Shown: positions 12,596-26,570, numbered from the stretch's first letter. The stretch: DNA of 64,000 nucleotides from Octopus sinensis (GCF_006345805.1 NC_043008.1:72540001-72604000); one strand, 5' to 3'. Notes: generated by a model from the sequence alone, not told the origin. Made by a program: numbers and translations.

Positions 12596-13399
12596 TCAAG
12601 AAGTTGCTTGAAAAAAATGTACATTTCCATAAAATAAACCCACACTAGATATATTAATCTTGAGCAATCTTTATTCACATCTTCACTGCAATCATTTATC
12701 ATTGTGTTAATAATAAAACATCTGCAGTATATTTATACATCTATGTATCATCATATTGTGTGATATATATATCCTATGTTTGCTATATATTATTATATTA
12801 ATATATATATATTTATTATTCATAGTATTTACGTATATATATATATATATATATAGATAGATATATATATATATGTGCACATGCTCATTCTTGCACCCTA
12901 TCTACTTTGTGCTATATTCCTTATTTTGGTAGCTTCTTTTGAAAACTTAAGAGATGGAAATGTCTTCATTTATAAAAAAAATATTGTAATTTTGATTTGT
13001 TTTATCTCTGCGATGTTATTCTAGTAAATGGTTGATGCGTAGTTTCAATATTGTTGTCTTAACGTTTTCACACAACACAGCACTGACTGAATAATTATTG
13101 TATACTTAAGAATTATCTATATGACTGCTTGATTGTTTTCATTAATCAAGTTACTTTTGTTGTTGCTCTGATTCAACTTACTTATAATCAAAGGCACTCC
13201 AGCAATGACTATCCTGCTTTTATTGATGTCTCATTGTTTTGTATAGGACTACATTATCTAATATGTGCTTCTTTGATGATGTAGTGTCTTATTTTCTGGC
13301 TATTTGTTTGCTATTCTTTATAGTAAGTAGACTGACCATATTGGTATTCATCAATTGATGTGAACAATAGTGTATCAGGGACTTCTCCACAACACTAGA

Positions 13400-14000
13400 T
13401 TTATGTTGAAATCTTGAAGGAAACTTTGAGAGTGTACCAGTAGCACATGTAAAGTCCACCAACTAAGTGTTATCTTTTATTAAATCAATATACAAAATAT
13501 ATTTTGGAAATTGCTCATCATTCATTCTGGAAAGGTGACCATTCCAATGCAGCTGGTTTCATATATGAAATAGTGAAAACTTTGCAACACTGAACAATTG
13601 AAGACCTTTGTATCTGTGACCTTCTCCTGATGAATTCTACATGAATGGTTCATTTGAAATTCTTTATACTTCTTACCGTCCATGCTGTAAACCGTCCAAG
13701 TCCCATAGGAATACTTTTGAGTAGACAGAACAATGGCTCTGTAGAACTTCAGCTTCATGTGGAGACTTAGATCATTCTTTTCTCAGATATTCTTACATTG
13801 TCTTCTAAGATTGGTGATGGTAACTCTGCTGTTGATTTCAATGTGGATGTTTATGATTCTTTGAGAGTGTTGCCATGATATGTGAGCCTGTTAATGGTCA
13901 GTCTGATTCTTCACCATGATTGTGGGTGACAAGGCCTTGTGTTGTTGCCAGATGAAGTGACTACCATTGTTTAATATTTGCACATGCGATCACCCCAAAG
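13400..14000 (-). mobile_element. Old RTE (BovB-like) RT C-terminal relic
   Basis: ORF 13522-13758 KLKFYRAIVLSTQKYSYGTWTVY resembles KLKVYRAVVLPTLLYACETWTVY. Confidence 0.75.
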
Positions 14001-14199
14001 TAAGAAAGTTAACCAGAAGGGTGGACGTCTCCAGGTTACCTTCTATGCCTGTCAATGAGAATCTCAATAATGTCTTGGAGAGAGGACTTGAAAACTTTAA
14101 CTTCTCTTTTATTTTTGTAAAAGAGGAGTGGGCTGTTTCGCATATACATATTCTATTGAATATCACTGAAATGCCTTCACTCCTTAATGTAAAACCATC

Positions 14200-14830
14200 A
14201 AGACTAGTTTAACGATGGTAATACCATGATACTAGAATTTCTATCTTACAGAATTTCAACTTATTCCAAGTCTAGATCTATGCCTTCATGGTGACAGGAG
14301 GAAGGTGTGTTCAAACAAAGAAAGAAGTTCTGGTGAGATTCAGTCCTGCATAGACAAGGATTCTTCAGGATGTTCCTATAATGCATTAAAGGCTACCCAA
14401 AGCTCATTGGATCTCTGACTCATCTCTGTTGCTGAGTACAGATTGATTTGAGATCCTGCTTAGAGATCCTTGACAGATAGACAGATTGCCTCCATGATGT
14501 TCTGAACTGCTCCCCTCACCTCCCCTTCGAGTAGGGTTAAGATCTTGCTACTGAAAATGTGGTTTTGAAGGTCATATGTGTTTTGCTTAGTGGTAGGCCT
14601 CATGAACCTTTGGCCATTCCAACCAAATTTACAAGAGGTCTTTCACTCAGTCTGGTACCAGAAGAACATTTCCACCAGTATTTGTAGACTTGTTCATTGT
14701 AAACCTCTACAAAAGGAAAGGGAAATGCTAAGTTCTGTGACAACAACTAAGGTATGTATCTGCTCTAAAACACTGAGATAATCATTACCTGTTGACAACA
14801 GATTTCCATTTTTTCTTCAAAAGGTAGATT
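14200..14830 (+). mobile_element. Old RTE (BovB-like) EN-RT linker and RT N-terminal relic
   Basis: GEIQSCIDKD...YNALKA (about 14330-14400), HDVLN (about 14495) and IVNLYKRKG..CDN (about 14695-14745). Confidence 0.6.
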
Positions 14831-16149
14831 CTGTGACGCTACATGGTTGTGAGACATGGATACATTGCATGAACCAGGTCTGAAGGTTGAGCATAAGTGG
14901 GCTAAGTATGACTTGTTAGATATGTAACCTACGTTAAAGTTGAAAGGTATGTGAGTGGAGTTGGTGATGACTAGTCTGTTGAATACATGGGAGATAATTA
15001 TTACTTTGGTTATTGATCCCGGGTAGAAATGTCAAGAAATATGTTTTGTTGAGAAGTTAAGAAGCACCAAAAAAGTGGAATATGTGGGTAGAAGTGGTGA
15101 TGTTACCATCCTTGTTCTTACCATCCTTGCTGACAAAATAAAATGCTAAGGGGATATGTGTTGGCATGGTGCTAGCGTAGGGAAACAGAGATAATACTGA
15201 TGACAATGAAGATGATGATGGTGGTGATGATGGTGATGATGCTCATACTCACACATTAATTATCACCTAATTTACTGTTTATTATAAACAGATCAGCCAG
15301 AAATACTAAATGTTATCAAATGAACCAATATCATTGCTTAATCCAGTCAGCCACAAAATATCAAAGATAAATTCCAAGAGAAAAATGACGAACCAAATAT
15401 TTTTCATTTTTTCCTTTCATTTGTGTTTTTTCCTTTTTCTTTTTTCTTTTCTCTGACTGAGAAATCATTTGTCATAAGAATAATATGATAAAGTAGAACA
15501 ACAACAGTATTATTGTAGATTAGCAATGATCGAACAACCTCAGTGAAGAAGATTCATTTAAATGTTATTGAGTTCCAAGAAAACAAACATAAATGGTTTG
15601 TTTTCTTATTTAATTGGTCTCCAAAGATATGTCATTTGTGAAATAAAATTAACTCTGATCCTACCTAACACAGTGCAAATACTCTCAATTTTGTAATTGG
15701 TATTTTCAAATGAAAGCCAACTTAACTCATCTTCATATATATATATATACATTTCTTTTCTTTTTTTTTGCTTGAAACAATGTTGATTTATGCCTTAAAG
15801 TAGGAAGAACAATTGAAAAAGTCTTGAGATTTTAATTTTGAAAATTAAACAAATTCGACAAGTGAAAGGTTTATAGATGAAAGCAAGCGTAAAAAACGAT
15901 TGGGAGATACAATCATTTTAATTTCATTACAGGAAAGAAATGAAGAAACAAAACATGATAAAAATTTATATAAAACCATCTTAAATAAAACAAAAATTAA
16001 AATAAAAACATTCTAAAAAGTTGATTGAAGTAAAAATGAGAAGTTAAAGTATGAAATTGTTTTGTTATTTCTACAAATTATTGGAATATGAAAGAAATTA
16101 GAATACTTTAAAGAAATTGAATATTTAATCTTGGTATCTATATTTAAAA

Positions 16150-16620
16150 GTACTGATTTAGGGAGTGAAAGGCCACTGTGGTGAGAAGAGTTATTCAGAG
16201 ATATAGAGTATGTAAGAATATATTTAACCAAAGAATTATTGAATTTGAATATTGTCAGTGTAAAAGGTTTTATGTCAATGTTAATATACTGAGTACAAGC
16301 AATATGTCAAAGGTGATTTTACCAAATAGTGTTTGTAGGTCTTGTAGACCTATCCCTGCCAGGCTGGTGCATGTAATGTGGTAACTGTTCAGCTTGTAAT
16401 TCTGTAATGAAATCACAAGCAGTAAAGAATTTCAGAGAATTGAGGTTCTATGAAATACAATAAAGATGATGAAATAGAGCAGAGATGTGTGTGCAACTGA
16501 CTTTGGCAGCAATGGTGTATTACTTTCTAGTTCAGAGGAGCAGTGGTCGTTGTACTAGTGGTAGAACAGATAGGTGAAGATTGGTGTATGTCAGTAACAT
16601 AATAGCTGGGTGCTTGTTTA
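16150..16620 (-). mobile_element. Possible Penelope-like GIY-YIG relic
   Basis: Frameshifted HITCTS..IG..RP....HL.HI pattern on the minus strand at about 16290-16390. Very decayed. Confidence 0.3.
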
Positions 16621-16765
16621 ATAGTGGGTTGGATTTTCTTGTTTCCTCTCATATGACCCATGATGTCTGTATGTGTGTTTAGTAGCTGCTTTGTCACAGA
16701 TACAGAATCAATGGCATTACATGGTGCACATTTGTGCTATAGAGGCATCAGCTATTGTGCAGAGC

Positions 16766-16827
<62 letters not shown>

Positions 16828-17976
16828 ATTGGCAACATACAGAAGTAAAATGCAATCTGTTTATTTATGTAAATAGAAGTTTAGCCTTTGTAATCATGCA
16901 AAAACCATGTGTTAATGTAAGCTACACTAATCTTTACTTAAATGAAAAGGGTGTTTAATATTAACCTACATCACAATGTAAGCACTACATGTTGATGTAG
17001 GCTGAAATATTGCAAAGTTTCTAGTGAACTGTGATTACAACCAACTTAACATACAACTATTTGAATTCAGCATGCCATTAGCCTTGTGAATGAGAGTGTT
17101 GCAATCCTTCCTTTAAAAATACAGGTTTATAGTTCAACTCCAGTCTGGTACTGTGTACACAGCTAGTAATAAGACACCTGAGGATGACTGGAGATTAAAC
17201 TGATTGAAATGTAGATAATAAGTAAATAAATAGATATTAATTACATATTGCATTTCCAAAACACAAAGTTTATAGGTTTATAACCAGAAAAATGCAATCT
17301 TGTCAATATTCCAGAGAAAGAGATATGAATGGCATTCCATATTATTTCTTCCTCTGTGTCAATGTCAAGCTTAACCTCTTACAAAATCAATATTTCTGTT
17401 ATTTAACGTAAGTTTAAGCTACAATGTGTAAAACAAAAAATTCATCACACTTTTATTTTGACTAGATGTTGTACATTCAAATTAACCCAGGATTGAATAT
17501 TTTCCTTCAAAATCAATTAAATATCAGTAATATACAACTGTCATGTTACATGAGCTTTGTAAAAGACATTTACCAAGTTAAGAAGGATCTAGCAAGATTC
17601 AAAGTTAGATTTGGTGAATTTGACGATGGTACATTTGAAAGAGATCAAAGATGAAAGTGGATCGATCTTTTATGTTGTGAAGAATCTCTTAAGAAAACAG
17701 AAAAAATAGTTCTTGTCTAAAACTTCAGTTCTTGGTCATGTGAAATGAAATCAAAATGATCATTAACACAAATTAACAGTATATAATTCAAAAGAAAAAA
17801 CTGGAGTAAAACTTTTACACACACACACACACACATACACACCCTCAACAACGACTGAAAGCTATGGTATCAGTTTAGTTTTGAAGTTACAATTATTTAA
17901 ATACAACATTGAAAAAGCATTTTAAGAACATAAATATCGATATTAAAATGATATAAATATAATGAATTCATAATGT

Positions 17977-18347
17977 AACAAGAGCACTTAGAGAGTGCAA
18001 ACCTCCACCAACGCAAGACCAATGTCCTTTCAACGATTAACCGGAGATGATTTTTAAAATGAGAATATCTGTATATATATATAAAAGGCAGGATATGTGT
18101 GTGTGTACGTGAATGTTATTTATGCACGTCCACAAATTAGCACGCATGTCACTCCAATTTTAGGAGGAAATTCGTCACGATCTTAGCTGTATTTTCGTCA
18201 AATTATTTTACCCCAAGGCACCAACGAATAGCAGTAAAAATAAATTTTCGACCATAACTTAACAATTTTCACGGCGGAGAAATCCACCATTGTTTACAAA
18301 CATAGTTAAGTCCCCTTCCAGTGACGGTGTTAAGGGAGGGAGGGAGG

Positions 18348-18397
<50 letters not shown>

Positions 18398-19898
18398 TAA
18401 CAGATTTTTAAAATTTCGTCTTTTTACTGAGTGATTGACAGGCAAAACCAGACAGACAGGTGTTGCTATGAATGTATGTATGTGTGAATGGCTTCAGTCA
18501 CACACACACACACGAGCATGTATGCGTACAAAACACATGTATGCAGTGTGTGTGTTGCCTGTATATATATACACACACAATATAACGATGTTCTCCGTTT
18601 TTCAACAACTAATTTCCAAATTAGCTGAATCCATTGCTCTACTCATAGCGATATATAGCTGGTCGTGCGGGAACATGGGAGAGAGCAGAGGTTACCGGAG
18701 CAAAAGACCTACGTGTTGACTGTAGACACACTCCTTCGCAAACGATCAGCTATTATTTTGTAAACAATGTTTCGAAACTGTTCATGTTTTCGAAAGGAGA
18801 GATCTGACTCTCACATCTCTGTGGGAGTAGGCCTCTCTATTCCACTTACAAAACTTACGTCTGGGTGTTTACAAATTTGCATTTTGTAGACAATATTTCG
18901 AAACTGTCCATGTTTTCGAAAGGAGAGATCCGACTCTTTTCAACCATAACGTCTACCAATTTTGATGTATTTTGTTTAAACTTGATGCTAGCATTACTTA
19001 GGGCTCATGGGATCTTTGAAGTTCTCCAAAAACGAAAAAAAAAAGCAATCGGTGAGTGGAAAAAATCGATAAACCGATTCCAAATGGGATTTCCCAATCA
19101 AATTGTCTGCAAAATTTCAGCTAAATGTTTGCAATTTCAACGAATTTCACTCAAATTTGACGTTGATGTTACTTAGTTTGCTTTGAAATAAAAAGCTTGA
19201 TTAGCTTAATAATCCTAACTTAATCCTGAGCAAAGCCGGGCTATCCTGCAAGTCTGAAATAAAATCCTTCAATGAATATCATGAGACCTTTTGGTTTTCT
19301 CTTCTCTTAAATTCTGGTCTTAGTAATCCTATTGTTTTAGATCGAAGTATAGAATTATGTATATATGTAAGTGTACTGAAAAGTTAAAATGTATGTATAA
19401 TCTCCTAGTATAATAATGAGCTTTGTTTTTACATGTGTGTGTGTGTGTGTGTATACACAAAACAGCTGAAGTAAGAGATGAAGATAGGGGAAATAAATGG
19501 CGAAGAGAACATCGTATGAATGAGAAAGGAAGGGGTGAAAGATGAGTAATGAAGGAAGGCATGAAAAAGCCGATAAACTACGTTTGAAGTGTGAGTATAT
19601 ATGTGTGTAAAAGTGAGGTATGTTTGTGTGCGTGCGTGCCTGCGTGTATGCGTGTGTGTGTGTGTACAAGAGAACTATGTGAAACTTTACGTGTACATGT
19701 AAAGAAAATACAAAAAAATAATCCAGAATCCTTGTCCGGTACCGGATCGATCCCAAAATCTAAGTTTATGCCAGTCACAAGACCAAACATCCCTCAAAGT
19801 TTCATTTGAATCCATCGAGCGGTTCTTGAGATATTTTATCCATGTCAAACAACCACAACTGGAAAAAATACCTCCGCCTTCGCTAAGGTGGAGGTAAT
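17977..19898 (+). mobile_element. Non-autonomous Helentron-type element (HINE/DINE-1-like), interrupted by a Helitron
   Basis: Starts aacaagagc. The 5' subterminal acctccacc (18001-18009) is the exact reverse complement of ggtggaggt (19887-19895), which is also an arm of the 3' hairpin tacctccgcctt-cgct-aaggtggaggta. Confidence 0.75.
18068..19252 (+). mobile_element. Non-autonomous Helitron nested in the HINE
   Basis: 5' TC(tgtatatatatataaaagg), subterminal hairpin cctgagcaaagccggg and 3' CAAG (CTAG-like). Inserted between A and T with no TSD (gagaata/tctgaaataaa). Internal ~125-bp duplication at about 18755-18940. Confidence 0.8.
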
Positions 19899-19962
19899 AA
19901 TACATATATCATGTGCCTCTCATCAGTCATCTCAAAAATAATATTATTATTTTATACCTATA

Positions 19963-22201
19963 CTAGCAATGCATCCCGGCGTTGCCTAAATGTTATGAAC
20001 TCCAGTCATATTGTATTATTTGTTCCTTTCTTATGGGCAGAATCAGTACTGCGGATATGTAATGAATTGGATTACTGGTATAATGGAAGTTATTGTTTGT
20101 TTAAAATGAAGGCGGGGAGGGTACAGTTTTCATGGATTTGCATGAAAGATCACAAACTAAGCTGCGTTTCATAGTATAAAAGGGGGTTAATAAAAAGGGT
20201 GTTTAATATGATTTTGCCCAGAAATGACGTTTTCAAAATTTTGATTTTCCTCGTCCCCATTGCAATTACTTAATTTGAAACTTTTTAACGAATTTTTTTT
20301 CCTATCCATGTAGAAAAATGCGGAGATTGCGAATGTGGGAAATGTATATATTTTTTTTAAAGTTTTATTTTTCTTAAAGAAACACTCAGTGCCCCTTCCC
20401 CCACCTCGCCACCCATCACCTACCTGTTTTCAAAAAGCTAAAAAACACCCAATGCTTCACTCTCTGTTGATGCTTCACGCATGCGTAGAATTGTACTGAA
20501 ACAGCAGACGTAAAATATAGAGCATCACCAGAAAATAAGACATGCTAGAAACGACAGGTAAACGACATTATTTCTAAAGAAACGTGCCTGGTTTCCAAAA
20601 AGCTAAAAGTGAAACATTGAGATTTTGTGGCATTTTGAAATTGGTGAGGTAATAGGTGGATGTTTGGGAAGGAGATTTTGGTGATTTTTTAAGAATAAAT
20701 AACGATGAAAATTCTTAAAGATTCGTACTCTGTTTTTTTCTACATGTATTACCAAGAAAAAAATTAGAAAAAAGTAAAAGAGGAAGAAATTGGGATGGAG
20801 AGGGAGAAAATTAAAATATTGAGAATGTGTTTTGCGGTCAAAATCCTAATCTCCTGTATTGAAAACAATTGGAAGAAATTTAGGAAAAATATCAGGGGGC
20901 GCAAGTATTACCTTGGACATGCTAGAAACAACAGGTAAAGGACAAGTTTTCTGGGAGAACTTCCTTTTAAATGTATACCGAAGATCAAGTTTATAAATAC
21001 ACTCATTGCAAACACAAATTACAGAATAGAAAAAAGTGATTTCAATTGGATTTGAGCTGAAATTTTGCACGTGTACATAGCAAGAAATAACATAATTCAT
21101 AAAGAAGTTTTACCATGAATGTGTGTGTGTGCCAGAAGTTATTTTATGGCATTCTTCTATTTGAAGCAGAAAAGTTGACTACTAGATCATATACTCGATC
21201 ATATGGGATCATATGATTGTTCGATAATTTCTGTGAAAATATTTTATTTCTTTATGCTTTGAAGAGAGCAGAAATTGAAAGAGAGGAGAAAGTGAAAAGG
21301 CAACATTTGCTCTGAAGGGAGAGGAGAAAGTGAAAGATGTATGTACTTGTATATAAAATGAACGTGTGTGTGTGTTTGTGCATGTATGCGTGAGAGGGAG
21401 AGAGAGTGAGTGAAGATGTGTATTGTCATATATTTACTTTTTTGCCTGTATGTGTAAGTGGGACTCACTCGCTTTCTCTCTATCTCTCTATCTCACACAC
21501 ACATCTTTCGTATGCACGTACATAAATGCATATGCATACATCTTTTTGGTGAGACATTTGGGAGAGAAAGTGACTGACTGTATTTCCTCATAGAATATAG
21601 AATATAGAAAAATGGATGTGTTTTAAGGTACACACTCATATAGAAAATATGACATTGTCGTCCTGGTATAAAATGTCGTTAAGGATAATTGAATTATATA
21701 GAAAGATCATAATGTTAAATTTTTGTAATGTTAAGGAAAACAAAGTTTATTTCTTAGCTGAAAGATTACTGAATCTTTTGATACCTCATATGTGAAAACT
21801 GGAAACTCAGTTTTCGAATGTATTTGTTAATTTCCATAATTTTTTTTATCGCTTTATGCTTTGAAGCGAGCAGAAATTGAAAGGGAGCCGAAAGTGAAAT
21901 AATGACATTTGCTCTGAAGTGAGAGCAGAAAGTGAAAGATGTATGTACGTGTATATGAAATGGACGTGTGTGTGTACGTGTGCATGACAGAGATAGATAG
22001 ATAGAGAGAGAGAGAGAAACAGAGAGAGAAGGAGAGAGTGAGTGAGTGAAGGTGTGTGTTGTCATGTATGTATTTTTTTTTTTGCATGTGTAAGCGGCAA
22101 CTCACTCGGTCACTCTGTCTCTCACACACACACATCTTTCATATACACGTACATAAATACATATGCATACATCTTTTTGTATATATGTGTGCGTGTACAT
22201 A

Positions 22202-22254
<53 letters not shown>

Positions 22255-23120
22255 AACTATATTTCATTATAACATAGAGAAATGGGTGTGTTTTAAGTTA
22301 CACACTCATAGAAAATGTAACGTCGTCATCGTTGACGTCATGGTATAACATTTTACGATAGTTGACTTATAGAAAAAGATTATAATGCAAAATTTTTATG
22401 CAAATATATAAAGGAAAATAAAGTTTATTTGGTAGTCGTAAGATTATTGAATCCTTTGATACGCCATACGTCAAAATTTTCAAATGCATGAGGAAGATAT
22501 GCATGCGCATACACACACATACAAACTCTTATATATATATATATTAGGAAGACGAGGAGCTATTCGTCTATGGAAGAAAAGGAAAGCCATTATATGTAGT
22601 CTATTGCTTGAATATGTTGATAACGTTTTAATAAAACCTAATACAGTGATTTGAAAACAAATATAAAACACCTTACCTTTCACTTGTTTAACATATGTTG
22701 TAAAAGTTTTGACTGAACATACAATAGTTATGTGATAAGTGAAAGGAAGAAATGAAATATCTAAGTATTAAAATTCTGTGCCTCCCATTCTGTCCCTATC
22801 TGTCGTTCTCTCTGTCTCTCATATTCCTTTTGTGTCTATCCCTTCCTGTCTCCGTCCCTTCCCTGATATCGGCCACCCTCATTATGCTGCATTTCCTTGA
22901 AGTTAATACATTTGCACCTCTCTCATATACCATGTGATAGCCAAACCCCCGTAGTCGGCCCATTATCAATTTTTATTGAAATCCATTTAGCCTAAAATTG
23001 AACTGGATGTTAGTTCAACATATATACAAAGTTTGTTGAAGATTGGTTTGCTGATTTGGGCAGTAAGATGATAACAGACAGACGCATAGACAGACAGAAA
23101 TTGCCATTTATGTATAAAGA
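19963..23120 (-). mobile_element. Non-autonomous Helitron, about 3.15 kb (may be two partial elements)
   Basis: 3' CTAG plus hairpin remnant cccggcgttgcc at 19963-19990. 5' TC end at 23120 (gacagacagaaattgccatttatgtataaaga/t). Same end architecture as 44194-44710. Confidence 0.6.
21244..22490. repeat. Diverged tandem duplication of a ~600-650 bp block inside the Helitron
   Basis: ctttatgctttgaag.gagcagaaattgaaag at about 21250 and 21850; gtgttttaag.tacacactcata at about 21618 and 22287; gatta.tgaatc.tttgatac at about 21765 and 22442. Confidence 0.85.
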
Positions 23121-23613
23121 TTTCCAGGATAGCATGGGTTAGAGGAATATGTTAAAGCCTTGTTTTACAACTAGATGTCCTTCCTGCCATTGACCATAAC
23201 CCACTTTTTCAATTAATGGATGTTTTATTTCACACATCTTTCAGGGCTTCATAGTATGAAGCAGGTGGATGATTTATTAACAAAGAAGTGATAATAATTA
23301 CACTTGTCATATATAGTTCTTAATATTCATAGAGAGCAAATGTTAACAAATGCTCGAACGCAAACATACAACAATCTACTTCTAGCATCCATCTTCCAAA
23401 TTCCCACTCAAGGTATTGATAAGCTCTGGCCAATGGTAGATGATTTGCACCCTACATACCACACAGTAGGACTGAGCCACAAACTTTGTGGCCGAGAAAC
23501 GAACTTATTAACCACACATCTATGTGCGTGTGTGTGTTCATGCTTTATATTAATTTTTGTATACACATTAGCGATTCACTATATCATCCATTAATTTTTA
23601 TGGTGAATATATA

Positions 23614-23650
<37 letters not shown>

Positions 23651-23651
<1 letters not shown>

Positions 23652-23781
23652 TGAGAGAGAATTAAGCCCAGAATCAACTGAGTGAGCAGTTCTTGCTGAT
23701 GATGCTATGGAAATAATCGAAACTGATCAGTCAGTTTAGGTTATTCTCAGTCGGTGTTTGACTGATTACAGTCCCTCTCAG
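23651..23781 (+). ncRNA. 130-bp fold-back element between (AT)n arrays with a hammerhead-like core
   Basis: Termini ctgagagag / ctctcag are inverted. Internal CTGATGA...GAAACTGATCAGTC has a palindromic stem III and a GUC triplet, but stem I does not pair next to the core. Confidence 0.35.
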
Positions 23782-23783
23782 CA

Positions 23784-23853
<70 letters not shown>

Positions 23854-26269
23854 TCATCGTTTTATCTCTAATTTTCAATGCAGGCATGGTTTGGCTGAGT
23901 TGTCATGGTTTAAATAATTTCTTATATAGAATTACTGCCCTCTCAGACAGACCAGGGAAGCACTTTTTACTCATACGTTTCAATTTACCATGTTTTATAT
24001 GACTGCATAAGTTTTTTTAACACCAACCACATAATACCAAGTAGTGAGTACTGATCATATTTTACAGTGGGACATACACAAGCAAGGTAACCTTGTACCC
24101 TTCAAAATAATCAGAGTCCTCACTGCTCTATGTTGTCTCTGTTTATGATCATTGTGGTTAATTGAGTAATCACAAGAGAAGGATATTGCAGAACTAGAGT
24201 GAAACGGGGAAAGAAACGAGAGTATGAAGGGAAAGTCAGAGGATAGAAGTGAATAAGAAGAGCGAGAAAAGGAGATGACAGAGCTGAAATAATAATAGAA
24301 GAGACAGAAATGGCAGAGTGTAAAGGGAGAGAGACAATAATGGCTGGATGTAATGGGAGCGATACAATCCATCCTCCAAATTCACATCAAAGCACTGGTA
24401 AACTCAGGCCAACGCAGTGAAACTGATGCCAGGCAGTGAAACTGAACCCTAAACCATGTAGCTGAGAAATGTGTGTGTAATAGTAGCAGTATAAGTAGTA
24501 GGTGTAAAAGTATCATAACAATGATAACAGTATTAGTGGTAGATGGCTTATTTCAGTCATTAGCTCAATTCCAGTTGACCATTAAATTTGGACAAAGGGG
24601 TACTAGGTGAGAGTGAATGTTGAATAGTTCTTAAAATAGTTGGGACAGAGTAAGTGGGTGATGGATGTTGATAAGGAGTGACCTGGGTATGAAGAGAAGA
24701 AGCTATGATTAGCAGTACAAAGAAGTGATGTGAGCTGGTAAGAATGATTTTGAGGGATGGATAATTGGGAAGGCGATAGTTTCCTAAGGAAGAGAAATTG
24801 ATGGTTAAGTGGCGGGTAAATGAGAAAATCTCTTGTCAATTAGATAATGTGATGAGAAAGACTCACACACACATATACACACCAGATTGCAGATGATATA
24901 TTGTATATATTTTTCTGCACTCATCTGCGAAATGGCTGTGAGTTTGGTATTACTCAGAGAGATTGCAAGGATAGAATTGCTGTGGTACAAAATCGTAAAT
25001 TACTATGGAACATGTCAAGAGTATTTAGTGATACAGCAACAATATGACACAAGAATGTCGTCAATGATTGCTAACATTAAGTAGTGACATTCTGACAGCA
25101 GAAGGGGAATGACACAATGTCCATCTTTGGCAGCATGGGAGAAAGAGGAAGTAGAGAAGAAGATTGCTTGTTTTATTTCATTGTATTTTATCCTTTTGTT
25201 GATATTTCTTCTGATATTTTTAGACTATCAAAGAAATCAGCATCATGTCAATAAATCTGTTTTATCCATTTCACTTCCATCTCACAAAATCAGGTATTTC
25301 CATAATGTGTGTCTTTTGTACTCAATGTCATATTAACCATGCCAGTAAGTGCCAGAGAAACTGCATCTCTCTTTAGCCATCAACTATATTTGTTTTGTTT
25401 AATGTGCATTTTTTTGTTTCAAAATATAGTTTGTATATTGTTAAGTGACATTCCATGAGGAAAAACGAGTGTCGAAGAGTCTCACATGATATTTCAATGT
25501 CTTCCACAAATATCTAGGTCAATGTTAATATAGGGACATTGTTTATAATGTCTTTACATGTTCTGACAGACAAAATGCCTGCAAATCCTTAATTTTTCTC
25601 ATTATTCTGGGACTGATGAGAAACAAAGTATTGACATAGATAACATGTGACACTAAAGGACTGTAGTGTTGCTATATATACACTAACTTCTGAAGACCTG
25701 GTGTATGTATTTACACAAGCAGCAAAAAACTTAGTGTATACAAACTAGCAACGTAGGACTTGGTATCTAAGCAGTAACAACAGAGAACTGTAGTATTGGT
25801 ATATGCTAACAAATAACTACCATAGTGTTTCATCTGATTCTGTACAATTTATACCATTTTACTGCCTTTCATCTTTATCATCACTGCCACCATTTTAATA
25901 ACTACTTTTTCATGATTGCTTGGCTCTGACAAAATTCATTAAGGCAGATTTTTTGACTGGAAACCCTTCCTGGTGGCAGCCATTGCCTGTTTCTAAGCAG
26001 TGTAATATTTCTTTTAGTCCTTTGACAACAAGCTTAGTGACTGTACATGTTTTCATGGAAGATTGCAAATGAAACCCACCACTTTTACAATGTGGATAGT
26101 TGTTTGCATTTAGCATGCTATGTCAAGAAAAGGAGACATGAATATACACACAGAGAGAAAATTGCGCACAAGCATACTTTATGTGTGTGTACATGTGTAT
26201 AAGTATATATGTTTAGGTATGTATGTATGAATGCACATGTAAAACCTTACCACACAGTGATCAGCATTC

Positions 26270-26570
26270 TCATTTAATGTGCATTTTTCATGCTGGCATG
26301 AGTTTGACGTTTGACAAGCCAGAAAGCTGCACTAGGCTTCACTTGTCTTTGTTGGTATAGGTTTTACTGCTGGGTGCCCTTCCTAATGCCAACCACTTTA
26401 CAGAGTGTACTAGATGCTTTTCATATGGTACCAGCACTGGTGCTTTTTACGTGGAACCAGTACAGATGTTTTTAATGTGGAACCAGCATCTGCAAAGTCA
26501 CCAAGTAGCTTGCAAGACAAAGATCTCTTCGTTGCTAGAGGAAGTAGAACCAAGGAAAGTGGCTGTGTGC
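26270..26570 (-). mobile_element. Degraded RTE-tail SINE-like element
   Basis: catgctggcatgag.ttgac...gcccttcctaatgccaaccacttt is the reverse complement of the shared 3' block. Confidence 0.7.

Noticed and set aside
2088-12702. Numerous 60-245 aa Tyr/Ile/Met-rich ORFs in the track (also at 33278-33707, 36658-36924, 51547-51792, 54448-55278)
   Set aside because: They are translations of (AT)n/(GT)n microsatellites, which lack stop codons.
13247-13322. Exon-like segment (ttttgtatag ... gtaagt) encoding TTLSNMCFFDDVVSYFLAICLLFFI
   Set aside because: No partner exons found. FDDVVSYF also resembles the Penelope RT motif FDVVSLF, so a transposon relic or chance is as likely as a host exon.
17170-17220. 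CTGAGGA...GAAAT motif
   Set aside because: Stem II is mostly wobble or mismatch and stem I is absent.
25221-25290. AG...GT-bounded 70-nt segment
   Set aside because: Two frames are open, no recognisable protein and no linked exons.
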